Assembly: GCA_020631235.1 (NCBI GenBank)
Contig: JAHDHQ010000003.1
Location: 46,450 to 110,449 of the forward strand
Origin: Saprospiraceae bacterium
GTDB lineage: Bacteria > Bacteroidota > Bacteroidia > Chitinophagales > Saprospiraceae
Reading direction: 5' to 3'
DNA: 64,000 bases
The notes below the pieces were generated by a model. That model worked only from the letters and a program-made list of their open reading frames with translations, was not told where the DNA came from and did not search any database. Within the stretch, counting starts at the first letter, position 1. Every line of letters starts with the position of its first letter. A program made the position numbers and the translations under genes. This document shows, one piece after another, positions 1 to 8,571 of this stretch.

Positions 1-1294
1 CCTTATCGTTTTCAATCACTACTCGTTCTAAATATTCAAACTTTAAAGAACCAACCAGTGCGTTGTTTTTCCAAGTTGGATAACGCTCTCCTTCCACGAA
101 ATCCATTCCGCAAGGAGCAATCGATGGGGTCCAGTGGATCACTGGTTGTTCCATCCCATCTTTGTTGGTGATATCGGTAAATTTGGTTCCTGAGTAATTT
201 ATTCCATAACTAATAACCGGCCATCCATAATTCAAGCCTTTCTCTGGAATATTTAGTTCATCTCCTCCTTTTGGTCCATGTTCGTGTTCCCAGATTTCAC
301 GAGTTTCAGGATGAATACTTAGTCCTTGTGGGTTTCGGTGCCCATAAGAATAAATACTAGCATAAGCTGGTGCGGTTTCAGTAAACGGATTGTCTTTCGG
401 AATGGCTCCATCATCATGGATTCGGTGTATTTTCCCGCAGTGGTTGTCCAATGCCTGAGGGTTTTCTTCTCGATTGCCGCGATCTCCTACAGAAAACCAT
501 AAATAGCCCTCATCGTCAAAGGCCATTCGACAGCCAAAATGAAATCGCTTATCAGAGTAGGGGAGCGCCTCAAATAATTCTTCAAATTGTATGATTGAGT
601 CTTTTGCAATTTGTCCTCGTCCGATAGCTGTTGTATACAAGCCGCGTCTATTTGGATGAGGTTTTGTATAGGATAAGTAAACCAATTGGTTGGCACTAAA
701 ATTTGGATGTAAAATGACATCCATTAAGCCTCCTTGTCCGTGCTGACTAATCGGAGGTAAACCTTTGATGTTTGTAGTTTTTTGACCGTCAACCATTAAT
801 AAACTTCCCTGATGTTCGGCTATTAAAAAGTTTCCATTGTGCAATTGGGTCATACCCCATGGTTTATCTAAATCGGTGATGATTGGTTCAAGAAATACAT
901 CAAATAACTCAGTGGTATATTTTTTGCCAATAGGCGTTTTACTTGGGGGAGGATTGTCTATGTTTTTGAGGATATATTCGCTCAATTGACTTACCTCTTG
1001 ATCTGAAAACAAATGTTTATACGCAGGCATTCCATCTTTTACATATCCTGATTGTATGGAATGATTTAGTTGTTCCAATGTTTTGCCATATTTAAAACCT
1101 TCACTGGTAAATCTAGATGCTTTTTTACCATGACAACCACTACAATGTTCAGTATATAAGGCTTCGATGGGTTCTGGAATTTCCGATGAGGCTGGGATGT
1201 TATTACTAATTATTTGACTTGCTTGACTTCGTTTACAAGCACTAATAGTTAGCATCAAACAACAAGCAGTCAGTATTTGAAAGAACCATTTCAT
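1..1294 (-). CDS. PQQ-dependent sugar dehydrogenase (soluble glucose/sorbosone dehydrogenase family) with N-terminal cytochrome c domain; partial, C-terminus runs off the window
   Basis: Absent from the ORF track because it is open at the window edge. Manual translation from the ATG at 1294 gives MKWFFQILTACCLMLTISACKR (signal peptide/lipobox), a CSGCH haem-c motif, then GGLMDVILHPNF, YSYGHRNPQGL and HEHGPKGGDELN, which are typical of the YliI/Asd beta-propeller family. The frame stays open to position 1. Confidence 0.8.
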   Translation of the reverse strand, partial: MKWFFQILTACCLMLTISACKRSQASQIISNNIPASSEIPEPIEALYTEHCSGCHGKKASRFTSEGFKYGKTLEQLNHSIQSGYVKDGMPAYKHLFSDQEVSQLSEYILKNIDNPPPSKTPIGKKYTTELFDVFLEPIITDLDKPWGMTQLHNGNFLIAEHQGSLLMVDGQKTTNIKGLPPISQHGQGGLMDVILHPNFSANQLVYLSYTKPHPNRRGLYTTAIGRGQIAKDSIIQFEELFEALPYSDKRFHFGCRMAFDDEGYLWFSVGDRGNREENPQALDNHCGKIHRIHDDGAIPKDNPFTETAPAYASIYSYGHRNPQGLSIHPETREIWEHEHGPKGGDELNIPEKGLNYGWPVISYGINYSGTKFTDITNKDGMEQPVIHWTPSIAPCGMDFVEGERYPTWKNNALVGSLKFEYLERVVIENDK

Positions 1295-1313
1295 GGTTTA
1301 AATATAACTAAAG

Positions 1314-2066
1314 CTACTTTTTAGTTACGCCTAATTTATTGAGTATGGTTAATTGGCCGCCGTATGCAAAAGAAATGTTTTTATCGGTGAATGCATCTTC
1401 AGTGTTTCCATAGGCAATCAATCGCTGATTAAGCAAGATCACTTTATCAAAATAATCGCTTACCGTAGATAAATCATGATGCACAACTAATAAAGTTTTG
1501 CCTTCATCTGCAAGTTGATTAATGGTTTTAATTATCCGCTCTTCCGTAGCAATATCTACACCTACAAATGGTTCGTCTAGAAAATAAAGATCTGCTTTTT
1601 GTGCTAAGGCCCGGGCTAAGAAAACACGCTGTTGCTGACCACCCGAAAGCTTACCTATTTGCCTATCCTTTAAGTCAAGTATATCTAATTGGATCATGGC
1701 TTCTTCGGCCATTTTATGATCCTCAGCATTCATTCTTTCCAGGATTTTTTTAAAAGGATACCGTCCCATTAAAACAATATCTTTTACAGTGGCTGGGAAG
1801 TTCCAATCTACTTCGTCCTTTTGAGGCACATAGGCAATTTTTTTTCTTACATTTTCTATGTCTTGGTCCCATACAGTAATGGAACCCATATCATAATCGA
1901 TCAGGTTTAATATAGCTTTAAAAAGGGTAGATTTTCCAGCGCCATTGGGTCCTATAACACCATAGCTGTTTCCTTGAAAAATATCTAAGTTGATATTAGT
2001 AAGGACCCGCTTATTACCAAATGATACGGACAAAGATTTTACATCTATTACTTTTTGTTCGTTCAT
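1314..2066 (-). CDS. metal (Zn/Mn-type) ABC transporter ATP-binding protein
   Basis: Walker A GPNGAGKST, ABC signature LSGGQQQR, Walker B LYFLDEP, H-loop VVHHD. Lies 3 nt downstream of a TroA/ZnuA-type binding-protein gene. Confidence 0.9.
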   Translation of the reverse strand: MNEQKVIDVKSLSVSFGNKRVLTNINLDIFQGNSYGVIGPNGAGKSTLFKAILNLIDYDMGSITVWDQDIENVRKKIAYVPQKDEVDWNFPATVKDIVLMGRYPFKKILERMNAEDHKMAEEAMIQLDILDLKDRQIGKLSGGQQQRVFLARALAQKADLYFLDEPFVGVDIATEERIIKTINQLADEGKTLLVVHHDLSTVSDYFDKVILLNQRLIAYGNTEDAFTDKNISFAYGGQLTILNKLGVTKK

Positions 2067-2069
2067 TAA

Positions 2070-3068
2070 TTAGGTCATTTTTTTAATGACTAGAAATAGT
2101 AAGAGTATAAAAGCAAGACCGAGACCTAGATACCATATCCAGTTTGTGGAGCTACTTTGATCTTGGTGCTTATGCCTTAATTCCTCACCTTTTGTTAGAC
2201 CACGAACAATGTTGTCGGTATTTGTTTTAAGCATTCCGATATATGTTCCGGCTGGTCCATCTAGTTCACCTAAGGAATCGGCAAAGAGCTCACCACCTAT
2301 GATTACATTATTGTCCTTTGCCAGTTGTTTTATCATTTTGGGATTAATGGTCGACTCTATAAAAACAGCTTTTATACCTGAGTCTTTAATGGCTTTAGTT
2401 ACCCGAATTAAATCGGAAGTTTGGGCTTCAGCTTCCGTAGAAATACCCACAATAGCTTCAAGTTGTAAACCATACTCTTTTCCAAAATATTCGAATGCAT
2501 CATGAGAAGTCACTAACACACGCTGGTCTTCTGGGATGTTTTGTATTTGTTCGTGTATATATTTATGTAAGGCGTCTAATTGTGCTATATACTTGGTATA
2601 ATTTTCTTCATATTGCTTTTCATTTTTTGGGTCAATGTTGCGCAAAGCCTCGTATATATTTTTAGCATATATCTTTCCGTTTTCAGCGGACATCCAGGCA
2701 TGGGGATCGGTAGCATTTTCGTATTCTGTGGAGCGAATAGCGTCTACACCTTCGGTAATTAACACACTTGTTGCCTGAGTACCGGCATTAGCCACTAATT
2801 TTTTAATCCATCCTTCGAAGGTTAAGCCATTAATGAGAATGAGGTCTGCAGCTACAACCTTTTTGGCGTCTTTAGGTACTGGATCATAGAGATGCGGATC
2901 ACCTCCTATTGGAACTATGAGATCTGTAGTAATGAGATCACCACCAATGTTTTTTGCCATGTCTTGAAAGATGGATGCACTGGCTAGTACATGCGGTTTT
3001 TCTGCTTTTATTGCAGAAAAGCAAAGTAGTAATAGGCTTAGAATTAGAACATTATTTTTTGTGTTCAT
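2070..3068 (-). CDS. metal ABC transporter substrate-binding protein (ZnuA/TroA/MntC family) with C-terminal His-rich linker and transmembrane helix
   Basis: N-terminal signal peptide plus DPHLY, DPHAW and SHDAFEYF motifs characteristic of cluster A-I metal SBPs. The C-terminus reads RHKHQDQSSSTNWIWYLGLGLAFILLLFLVIKKMT. Confidence 0.88.
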   Translation of the reverse strand: MNTKNNVLILSLLLLCFSAIKAEKPHVLASASIFQDMAKNIGGDLITTDLIVPIGGDPHLYDPVPKDAKKVVAADLILINGLTFEGWIKKLVANAGTQATSVLITEGVDAIRSTEYENATDPHAWMSAENGKIYAKNIYEALRNIDPKNEKQYEENYTKYIAQLDALHKYIHEQIQNIPEDQRVLVTSHDAFEYFGKEYGLQLEAIVGISTEAEAQTSDLIRVTKAIKDSGIKAVFIESTINPKMIKQLAKDNNVIIGGELFADSLGELDGPAGTYIGMLKTNTDNIVRGLTKGEELRHKHQDQSSSTNWIWYLGLGLAFILLLFLVIKKMT

Positions 3069-3730
3069 TCATTTATTTTTTTGACGAGTAAGTTTTTAGA
3101 CACTTCATGACTAAGCGTGATGTCTATGGTATCGTCTTTTCTAATTTTTATCGATTTATCGAAACTGGTTATGTTGAGTACTTCGAAAGCAGTACCCAGT
3201 TTTATTTCTAATTCATTTAGATATTGTAGGAATTCGGATTGATGTTGGCTTACTCCCACCAAAACACCTTTTTGTTTAATGCTTAATTGATCTAATGAGG
3301 TTTGGTTTCGTATCATAAACTTCCCTTCAGCATTAGGTATTGGGTCGCCGTGTGGATCGAATCGAGGATTGCCTAAATAATTATCCAGACGTTGGATTAA
3401 AGAATCCGATTTAATGTGTTCTAGGTCTTCAGCGATATCGTGAACTTGCTCCCAGGAAAAATTAAGTTTGTTCACTAAAAATACTTCCCATAGCCTGTGT
3501 TTTCTAATGAGGTTAGTAGCTATTTTATTTCCTGTAGGAGTAAGTGTTACGCCTTTATATTTTTCGTAATTAATCAATTCTTTTTCTGCGAGTCGCTTAA
3601 GCATATCAGTCACTGAAGCCGCTGAAGTAGAAATTTGTTGAGCTATTCCATTGGTGCTGGCAGGTTTGCTCGTTTTTTCATTGATCTTAAAGATCGCTTT
3701 TAAATAATTTTCTTCTGTAAAAGAGGTCAT
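3065..3730 (-). CDS. DtxR/MntR family metal-dependent transcriptional regulator with C-terminal FeoA/SH3-like domain
   Basis: N-terminal winged HTH (SAASVTDMLKRLAEKELI), a dimerisation/metal-binding helix (HRLWEVFL, HDIAEDLEH), and a roughly 70-aa C-terminal domain. ATGA overlap with the downstream SBP gene. Confidence 0.9.
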   Translation of the reverse strand: MTSFTEENYLKAIFKINEKTSKPASTNGIAQQISTSAASVTDMLKRLAEKELINYEKYKGVTLTPTGNKIATNLIRKHRLWEVFLVNKLNFSWEQVHDIAEDLEHIKSDSLIQRLDNYLGNPRFDPHGDPIPNAEGKFMIRNQTSLDQLSIKQKGVLVGVSQHQSEFLQYLNELEIKLGTAFEVLNITSFDKSIKIRKDDTIDITLSHEVSKNLLVKKINE

Positions 3731-3731
3731 T

Positions 3732-3750
3732 TTGTTGTGCTATACAACAA
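3732..3750. promoter_or_regulatory. 19-bp interrupted palindrome, candidate MntR/DtxR-type operator
   Basis: TTGTTGTGCTATACAACAA has 7-bp perfect arms (TTGTTGT/ACAACAA). It starts 2 nt upstream of the regulator start codon and overlaps a TATCTTTG -7 box. The 19-bp length matches classical DtxR-family operators. Confidence 0.4.
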
Positions 3751-3755
3751 AGATA
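3748..3755 (-). promoter_or_regulatory. Bacteroidota-type -7 promoter box (TATCTTTG) for the mntR-SBP-ATPase operon
   Basis: Exact match to TAnnTTTG on the minus strand, 18 nt upstream of the start codon at 3730. Confidence 0.35.
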
Positions 3756-3801
3756 GTTAATATTTAGACGAATCTAAAAATTATTTTTAAGCCACCCTAA
3801 A

Positions 3802-4851
3802 TTATTTAAATGACCAGTCGTAGGCAGGAATTTCTTGAATGCAATGACTGAGTAAGTCGATGCTGTCTTGGATGTCTTTTTTGTGTGCCATTTCAATGAC
3901 TTGATGCAAGTATCTGCAAGGAATAGAAATACCTCCAGCGATAGATCCTCCATTAGCGTGTCTTTGCATACCAGCCGTATCTGTACCTCCGGCGGTAAGT
4001 ACTTCTAATTGGTAATCAATTTTTTTCTTTTTGGCAACTTGCTTCATAAAACGTACCATACGATAATCACAGACTGTCATGCCGTCTAAGACTTTTATGG
4101 CCGTGCCTTTACCCAAAGCCGTGCATTTTTCGTGAGGTGCAGCACCAGGCAAATCGTAGGCCAAGGTTACGTCTAAGTTGATAGCAAAATCAGGATTTAT
4201 TCCAGAAGCTGAAGCTATGGCTCCACGAATGCCTATTTCTTCTTGGACAGTAAAAACAGCATAAAGACTATGTTCTAATGATTTCTTTTTCAGTTTTTTG
4301 AGTGTTTCCATTAAGATAAAAACGGATACTCTATTGTCTATAGATTTAGAATTTACGGTTTCGCCCATTTCGATAAACGAACGTTCTCGTGTTATAGGGT
4401 CTCCTATGCTAACGATTTTTTTTACTTCTTCGGCAGAAAGGCCTGTATCAATAAAGTAGTCGGTAATTTTAGGTGCTTTGCTTCTTTCTTCTGGCTGCAT
4501 CACGTGGATAGGTTTAGTTCCCATAACCCCAATAATGTCTTTTTCACCATGAATAATGACTCTTTGAGCGGTGAGCGTTTTAGGATCGAAGCCACCGAGG
4601 GTATGAAACTTTATAAATCCTTCATCGTCTATGTGAGTTACTATGAAGCTAATCTCATCCATATGAGCAGCAATCATTATTTTTTTGTCTGAACTTCCGT
4701 GCTTTATGGCCATCAAGTTGCCCATAGCATCCAGTTGTATCTCGTCGACACAATCCTTAATTTCTTTGGTAATAAAGTCTCTAACTCGTTGTTCAAAGCC
4801 TGGTGCTCCTGGCACTTGACAAGTTTTATTTAATAAGTCTATATTAAGCAT
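3802..4851 (-). CDS. M42 family metallopeptidase (FrvX/YpdE-like aminopeptidase)
   Basis: GAPGFEQRVRDFI at the N-terminus, HMDEISF, the DNRVSV and QEEIGIRGA metal-ligand motifs, and GGTDTAG. The ORF track extends to 4911, but the ATG at 4851 (MLNIDLL...) gives the usual family N-terminus. Confidence 0.85.
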   Translation of the reverse strand: MLNIDLLNKTCQVPGAPGFEQRVRDFITKEIKDCVDEIQLDAMGNLMAIKHGSSDKKIMIAAHMDEISFIVTHIDDEGFIKFHTLGGFDPKTLTAQRVIIHGEKDIIGVMGTKPIHVMQPEERSKAPKITDYFIDTGLSAEEVKKIVSIGDPITRERSFIEMGETVNSKSIDNRVSVFILMETLKKLKKKSLEHSLYAVFTVQEEIGIRGAIASASGINPDFAINLDVTLAYDLPGAAPHEKCTALGKGTAIKVLDGMTVCDYRMVRFMKQVAKKKKIDYQLEVLTAGGTDTAGMQRHANGGSIAGGISIPCRYLHQVIEMAHKKDIQDSIDLLSHCIQEIPAYDWSFK

Positions 4852-4967
4852 GCTAATGATTTGCGGCAAAAATACTAGAATTTGGGAGATACCATTTATC
4901 AGTGTACGCATAATTGCTGACTAGCATCAAATTCTAATTTTTCAAAGATTCGTGGAGCTATAGTTGT

Positions 4968-4975
4968 TACCTTTG
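4968..4975 (+). promoter_or_regulatory. -7 promoter box TACCTTTG, 4 nt upstream of the ATG at 4980
   Basis: Exact TAnnTTTG match. No convincing -33 TTG was seen. Confidence 0.3.
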
Positions 4976-4979
4976 AGTT

Positions 4980-6470
4980 ATGTCACTATTGCGAAAACTT
5001 GCTGGACAGACTATCATTTATGGCTTTGGTCATATCCTTGGGCGCATTTTATATTTTTTAATAATTGCTAGTTATCTCAGTTACAAATTTGCAGATACTA
5101 AAAGTTATGGTGTTTATACAGAGATGTACGCTTATGCTAGTTTATTAATAGTTATTTTTTCTTACCGTTTGGATACGGCTTTTTTTCGATTTGGGAACCA
5201 AAAAAAGGACTTGGAAAGTGCTTATAGTTCTTCATTGATACCCGTAATTTTTACCACTATTTGTTTTGTAGCAATCGGATTAAGCTTTTCTGATGGGATT
5301 GCGCGACTACTACATTACGGCGAGCATATATCATACATTCGATGGTTTATTTGGATTATTGCATTTGATGTTATTTTATTGTTGCCATATGCGCGTTTGC
5401 GTTTGGAGGATCGACCTAAGTTATTTGTCATTTATCGATTGTTAAACATCTTTTTGAGCATTTTCTTCATTTTGTTTTTCTTACAATGGGTACCATGGCT
5501 CATCGATCGAGGCTTTTCATTTTTCGAGTATTTTACGTGGTTTGATGAGCAGGTTGATTATGTGTTTTTTTCGAACTTATTAGTGAGCGGATTGATGTTT
5601 CTTATTATGTTACCTATGCTACTAAAAGCTAAGTTTTCGCTTGTAAATAAATCATTATACAAGAAAATGGTGTGGTATGCTTTTCCGCTGATTGTAGTGG
5701 GAGTAGCTAATAGTATCAATCAGTTTTTTGCTGTACCACTGCAGAAGTTTTTAATGGCTGATTCGATTGAAAAAAACATTTCGAATGCTGGTATTTATGC
5801 GGCTCCACAGCGGATAGCGATGTTAATTAGTATTGTAACCACTGCCTTTAATTATGCGGCTGAGCCTTTCTTTTTTAAACAAGCTAATAAAGAAGAGCGA
5901 ACAGACATTTATGGAGAAGTAGCCAAGGCTTTTGTTATTGTTATTGGTTTAGTGATACTGATATTGTTATTTTATTTTGATTTGTTTAAACATCTAGTCG
6001 ATGTGAGTCGGTATGCTGAAGGTTTTGTGATTGTTCCCATATTGCTGTTTGCCTATTTATTTTTGGGTCTTTATTATAATGTATCTATTTGGTATAAACT
6101 AGCTGATAAAACGATATATGGCGCGTACATATCGATTTTGGGAGCTTTGTTGACTTTAGGAATTTCCGTTTATTTTTTACCCAAAATAGGTTTTATTGCT
6201 TCCGCTTGGGCTGCACTAAGTTGTTATGGGTTTATGGTGTTTCTTGCGTACTGCTTAGGAAGAAGATTTTACCCCATTCGTTACCCTGTAGGACGAATTT
6301 TATTTTATGTGTTGTTCATTTTTGGTTTATATCAGACCAGTGATTGGTTTGTTCAGTGGACTTCATTGTCGCCATTTATTTTATTGATTAATACCTTGCT
6401 GTTAATGATTTATTTTGCGGTTGTTTGGATTTTAGATGGTCAATGGCTGAAATCATCGTTTGCTCGATGA
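4980..6470 (+). CDS. polysaccharide/oligosaccharide flippase family membrane protein (MOP superfamily, Wzx-like)
   Basis: 496 aa with about 12-14 hydrophobic helices. The N-terminal motif LAGQTIIYGFGHILGRIL is typical of Bacteroidota 'lipopolysaccharide biosynthesis protein' flippases. Confidence 0.75.
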   Translation: MSLLRKLAGQTIIYGFGHILGRILYFLIIASYLSYKFADTKSYGVYTEMYAYASLLIVIFSYRLDTAFFRFGNQKKDLESAYSSSLIPVIFTTICFVAIGLSFSDGIARLLHYGEHISYIRWFIWIIAFDVILLLPYARLRLEDRPKLFVIYRLLNIFLSIFFILFFLQWVPWLIDRGFSFFEYFTWFDEQVDYVFFSNLLVSGLMFLIMLPMLLKAKFSLVNKSLYKKMVWYAFPLIVVGVANSINQFFAVPLQKFLMADSIEKNISNAGIYAAPQRIAMLISIVTTAFNYAAEPFFFKQANKEERTDIYGEVAKAFVIVIGLVILILLFYFDLFKHLVDVSRYAEGFVIVPILLFAYLFLGLYYNVSIWYKLADKTIYGAYISILGALLTLGISVYFLPKIGFIASAWAALSCYGFMVFLAYCLGRRFYPIRYPVGRILFYVLFIFGLYQTSDWFVQWTSLSPFILLINTLLLMIYFAVVWILDGQWLKSSFAR

Positions 6471-6835
6471 TTCAAGATTTCTTTAGTTATGATCGGATGG
6501 GTGGTACGTTGACTTACGACATTGGCCAACAAAAAAACACCTTGTCATTAGGAGGTATTATAGCTGCGGTTTTTTATAATAATGAGCAGCGGATTTTATG
6601 CATTTATTTAATGGATAAAAAGCAGCAACTAGCTGGTTTCGATGTAGAAGGGAATAAGTTGTTTGATTGTAGTCCTCCGGAAAATCATGAATTTTGGTAC
6701 CTATCCGATCAAAAACTACAAATCGCTTGTGTAGTGCTTGATGATAGTAAGGCAAAACCATCGGGTCGTTCTGGCTGGTGGTTTAGTGTAGATCCTGATG
6801 ATGGTTCTTTTAAGCGAGGAGATTGGGTATATTAA
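6467..6835 (+). CDS. hypothetical protein (122 aa)
   Basis: The ATG at 6467 overlaps the flippase stop (ATGA), which suggests translational coupling. I recognise no motifs. The ORF-track start at 6425 lies inside the flippase gene. Confidence 0.5.
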   Translation: MIQDFFSYDRMGGTLTYDIGQQKNTLSLGGIIAAVFYNNEQRILCIYLMDKKQQLAGFDVEGNKLFDCSPPENHEFWYLSDQKLQIACVVLDDSKAKPSGRSGWWFSVDPDDGSFKRGDWVY

Positions 6836-6996
6836 TAAAAATAAGTCATCAAATAGTCTCTCACACTTACCCAGTTAAAAAACAGAACAATTAAACCAAA
6901 TAATAAGGCTCCTAGCAGAAAAGCTTTAACTCGTCGCTTAGTTTGCAAGTTTTTTTCGCGCATTGATTTGTATCGTACTCTTCCTGAATAGGACAT
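6832..6996 (-). CDS. small membrane protein, 54 aa (not in the ORF track)
   Basis: Manual translation gives MSYSGRVRYKSMREKNLQTKRRVKAFLLGALLFGLIVLFFNWVSVRDYLMTYFY. It has a basic N-terminus and one TM helix. The ATG lies 2 nt after the ribA stop codon. Confidence 0.35.
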   Translation of the reverse strand: MSYSGRVRYKSMREKNLQTKRRVKAFLLGALLFGLIVLFFNWVSVRDYLMTYFY

Positions 6997-6998
6997 AA

Positions 6999-7589
6999 TT
7001 AAGACTTTAGAAGATGACCAAACTTTACAATTTTGGTATCTAAGTATGATTTATTTTGTTCGTTTGCTTCAATTATTATCGGTAATCTTTCGATCATTTC
7101 GATACCGCTATTTTTGAACGCAGCCATTTTTTCGGGATTGTTTGTCAGTAATTTTATTTTATGTATCTCAAGTGATTTTAACATCTGTATGGCTATACTG
7201 TAATCCCTTGCATCTGGCTCAAAACCCAAATGCACATTTGCATCAAAAGTATCCATGCCTTCATCTTGAGCGTTATAGGCTTTCATTTTATTAATTAAGC
7301 CAATACCTCTTCCTTCTTGGCGCAAATATAAAAGTACTCCTTTCTCTTCGGCAATAATTTGTAAGGATTTATTAAGCTGAGCGCCGCAATCGCAACGCTG
7401 AGAAGCAAATAAATCACCCGTTAAACATTCTGAATGTAAACGTACTACTGTGGCATTCTTCGGGTCGAAGGACTCGTGTACTAATGCTATATTTGGCATC
7501 GGATTTTTATCATCCGAGGCGAAGGTAACTATGTTAAAAAGGCCGAAATCTGTAGGTAACTTTGTCTTAGTGATTTGATGTACTGGCAT
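6999..7589 (-). CDS. ribA: GTP cyclohydrolase II
   Basis: RLHSECLTGD, the CDCG zinc site and LRQEGRGIGL are all hallmark RibA motifs. It is monofunctional at 196 aa. Confidence 0.92.
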   Translation of the reverse strand: MPVHQITKTKLPTDFGLFNIVTFASDDKNPMPNIALVHESFDPKNATVVRLHSECLTGDLFASQRCDCGAQLNKSLQIIAEEKGVLLYLRQEGRGIGLINKMKAYNAQDEGMDTFDANVHLGFEPDARDYSIAIQMLKSLEIHKIKLLTNNPEKMAAFKNSGIEMIERLPIIIEANEQNKSYLDTKIVKFGHLLKS

Positions 7590-7614
7590 CTAGCTTTTAT
7601 GGTTTATCCTATTA

Positions 7615-8571
7615 TTAGTAGTCCTTCGAATGGATTTCCCAATAATTTTGATCTTCAATTTCTTTGATGATTGCGAGGTAGTTTGCATATCTAAACTCGC
7701 TAATCTCTTCTTCCTCAATTAAAGTCTTAACAGCGCATTTTGGTTCATTTCGATGTGTACAATCTGAAAATTTGCAATTAGGCGACGCTTGAAAAAACTC
7801 TCTAAAATTGTGAGAAACATCCTTTACTTCTAAGTGATTAAAGGATAGAGTTTTTATTCCAGGGGTATCCACTATATTTCCTCCAAAGGTAAGTGGGAAC
7901 ATTTCTGCGAAAGTCGTCGTATGTTGTCCTTTCCCTGAAAAATCAGAAATTTCATTGGTTTTTAAGTCGACTGTATGATCTATATTATTTACTAAGGTGG
8001 ATTTTCCTACACCGGACTGTCCTGCGATAAGCGATGTTTTTCCTGTTAATGATTTTTTTAATTGTTCAATGCCATCTCCAGTTTCACAAGATGTTAAATG
8101 ACAATGATAGCCGATTTTTTCGTAAACAAATTGTAAGTATTCAAAGACACTAAGATCTTCTTCTTCATACAAATCTGATTTATTGAAAACTATATGCACA
8201 GGAATATTGTAGGGTTCAGTCATCAGCAAAAATCGGTCAATAAATCCTTGTTTTAATTTGGGTTGTACTACGGTAACCACCAAAATGGCTTGATCGATAT
8301 TTGCAGCAAGAATATGTAAGAAATGTTTTTTTCTTGGAGATTGTCGAATCACATAATTTTTGCGATCCATAATTTCCTTAATATTACCGGTATTATCTAG
8401 CGGATCAATGGTCATTTTGATTCGATCACCTACGGCTACTGGGTTGGTTAGTTTCTTACCATTTAGTCGAAATTTACCCACTATTCTGCTTGGTATGATG
8501 TCTCCATTGTCGAGTTTTACATCGTACCAACTACCTGTAGATTTAATGATAACACCTTCTACTAATTCCAC
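7615..8571 (-). CDS. rsgA: ribosome small-subunit-dependent GTPase A
   Basis: Circularly permuted GTPase motifs (NKSDL, then GQSGVGKSTL, then DTPG) and the C-terminal zinc cluster CKFSDCTHRNEPKC. The GTG start overlaps the upstream TAG by 1 nt. Confidence 0.92.
   Translation of the reverse strand: MELVEGVIIKSTGSWYDVKLDNGDIIPSRIVGKFRLNGKKLTNPVAVGDRIKMTIDPLDNTGNIKEIMDRKNYVIRQSPRKKHFLHILAANIDQAILVVTVVQPKLKQGFIDRFLLMTEPYNIPVHIVFNKSDLYEEEDLSVFEYLQFVYEKIGYHCHLTSCETGDGIEQLKKSLTGKTSLIAGQSGVGKSTLVNNIDHTVDLKTNEISDFSGKGQHTTTFAEMFPLTFGGNIVDTPGIKTLSFNHLEVKDVSHNFREFFQASPNCKFSDCTHRNEPKCAVKTLIEEEEISEFRYANYLAIIKEIEDQNYWEIHSKDY

Noticed and set aside
487-720. 77-aa ORF in the track
   Set aside because: It lies entirely inside the much longer, motif-rich PQQ dehydrogenase reading frame on the same strand but in another frame. 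Its sequence has no features of a real protein.
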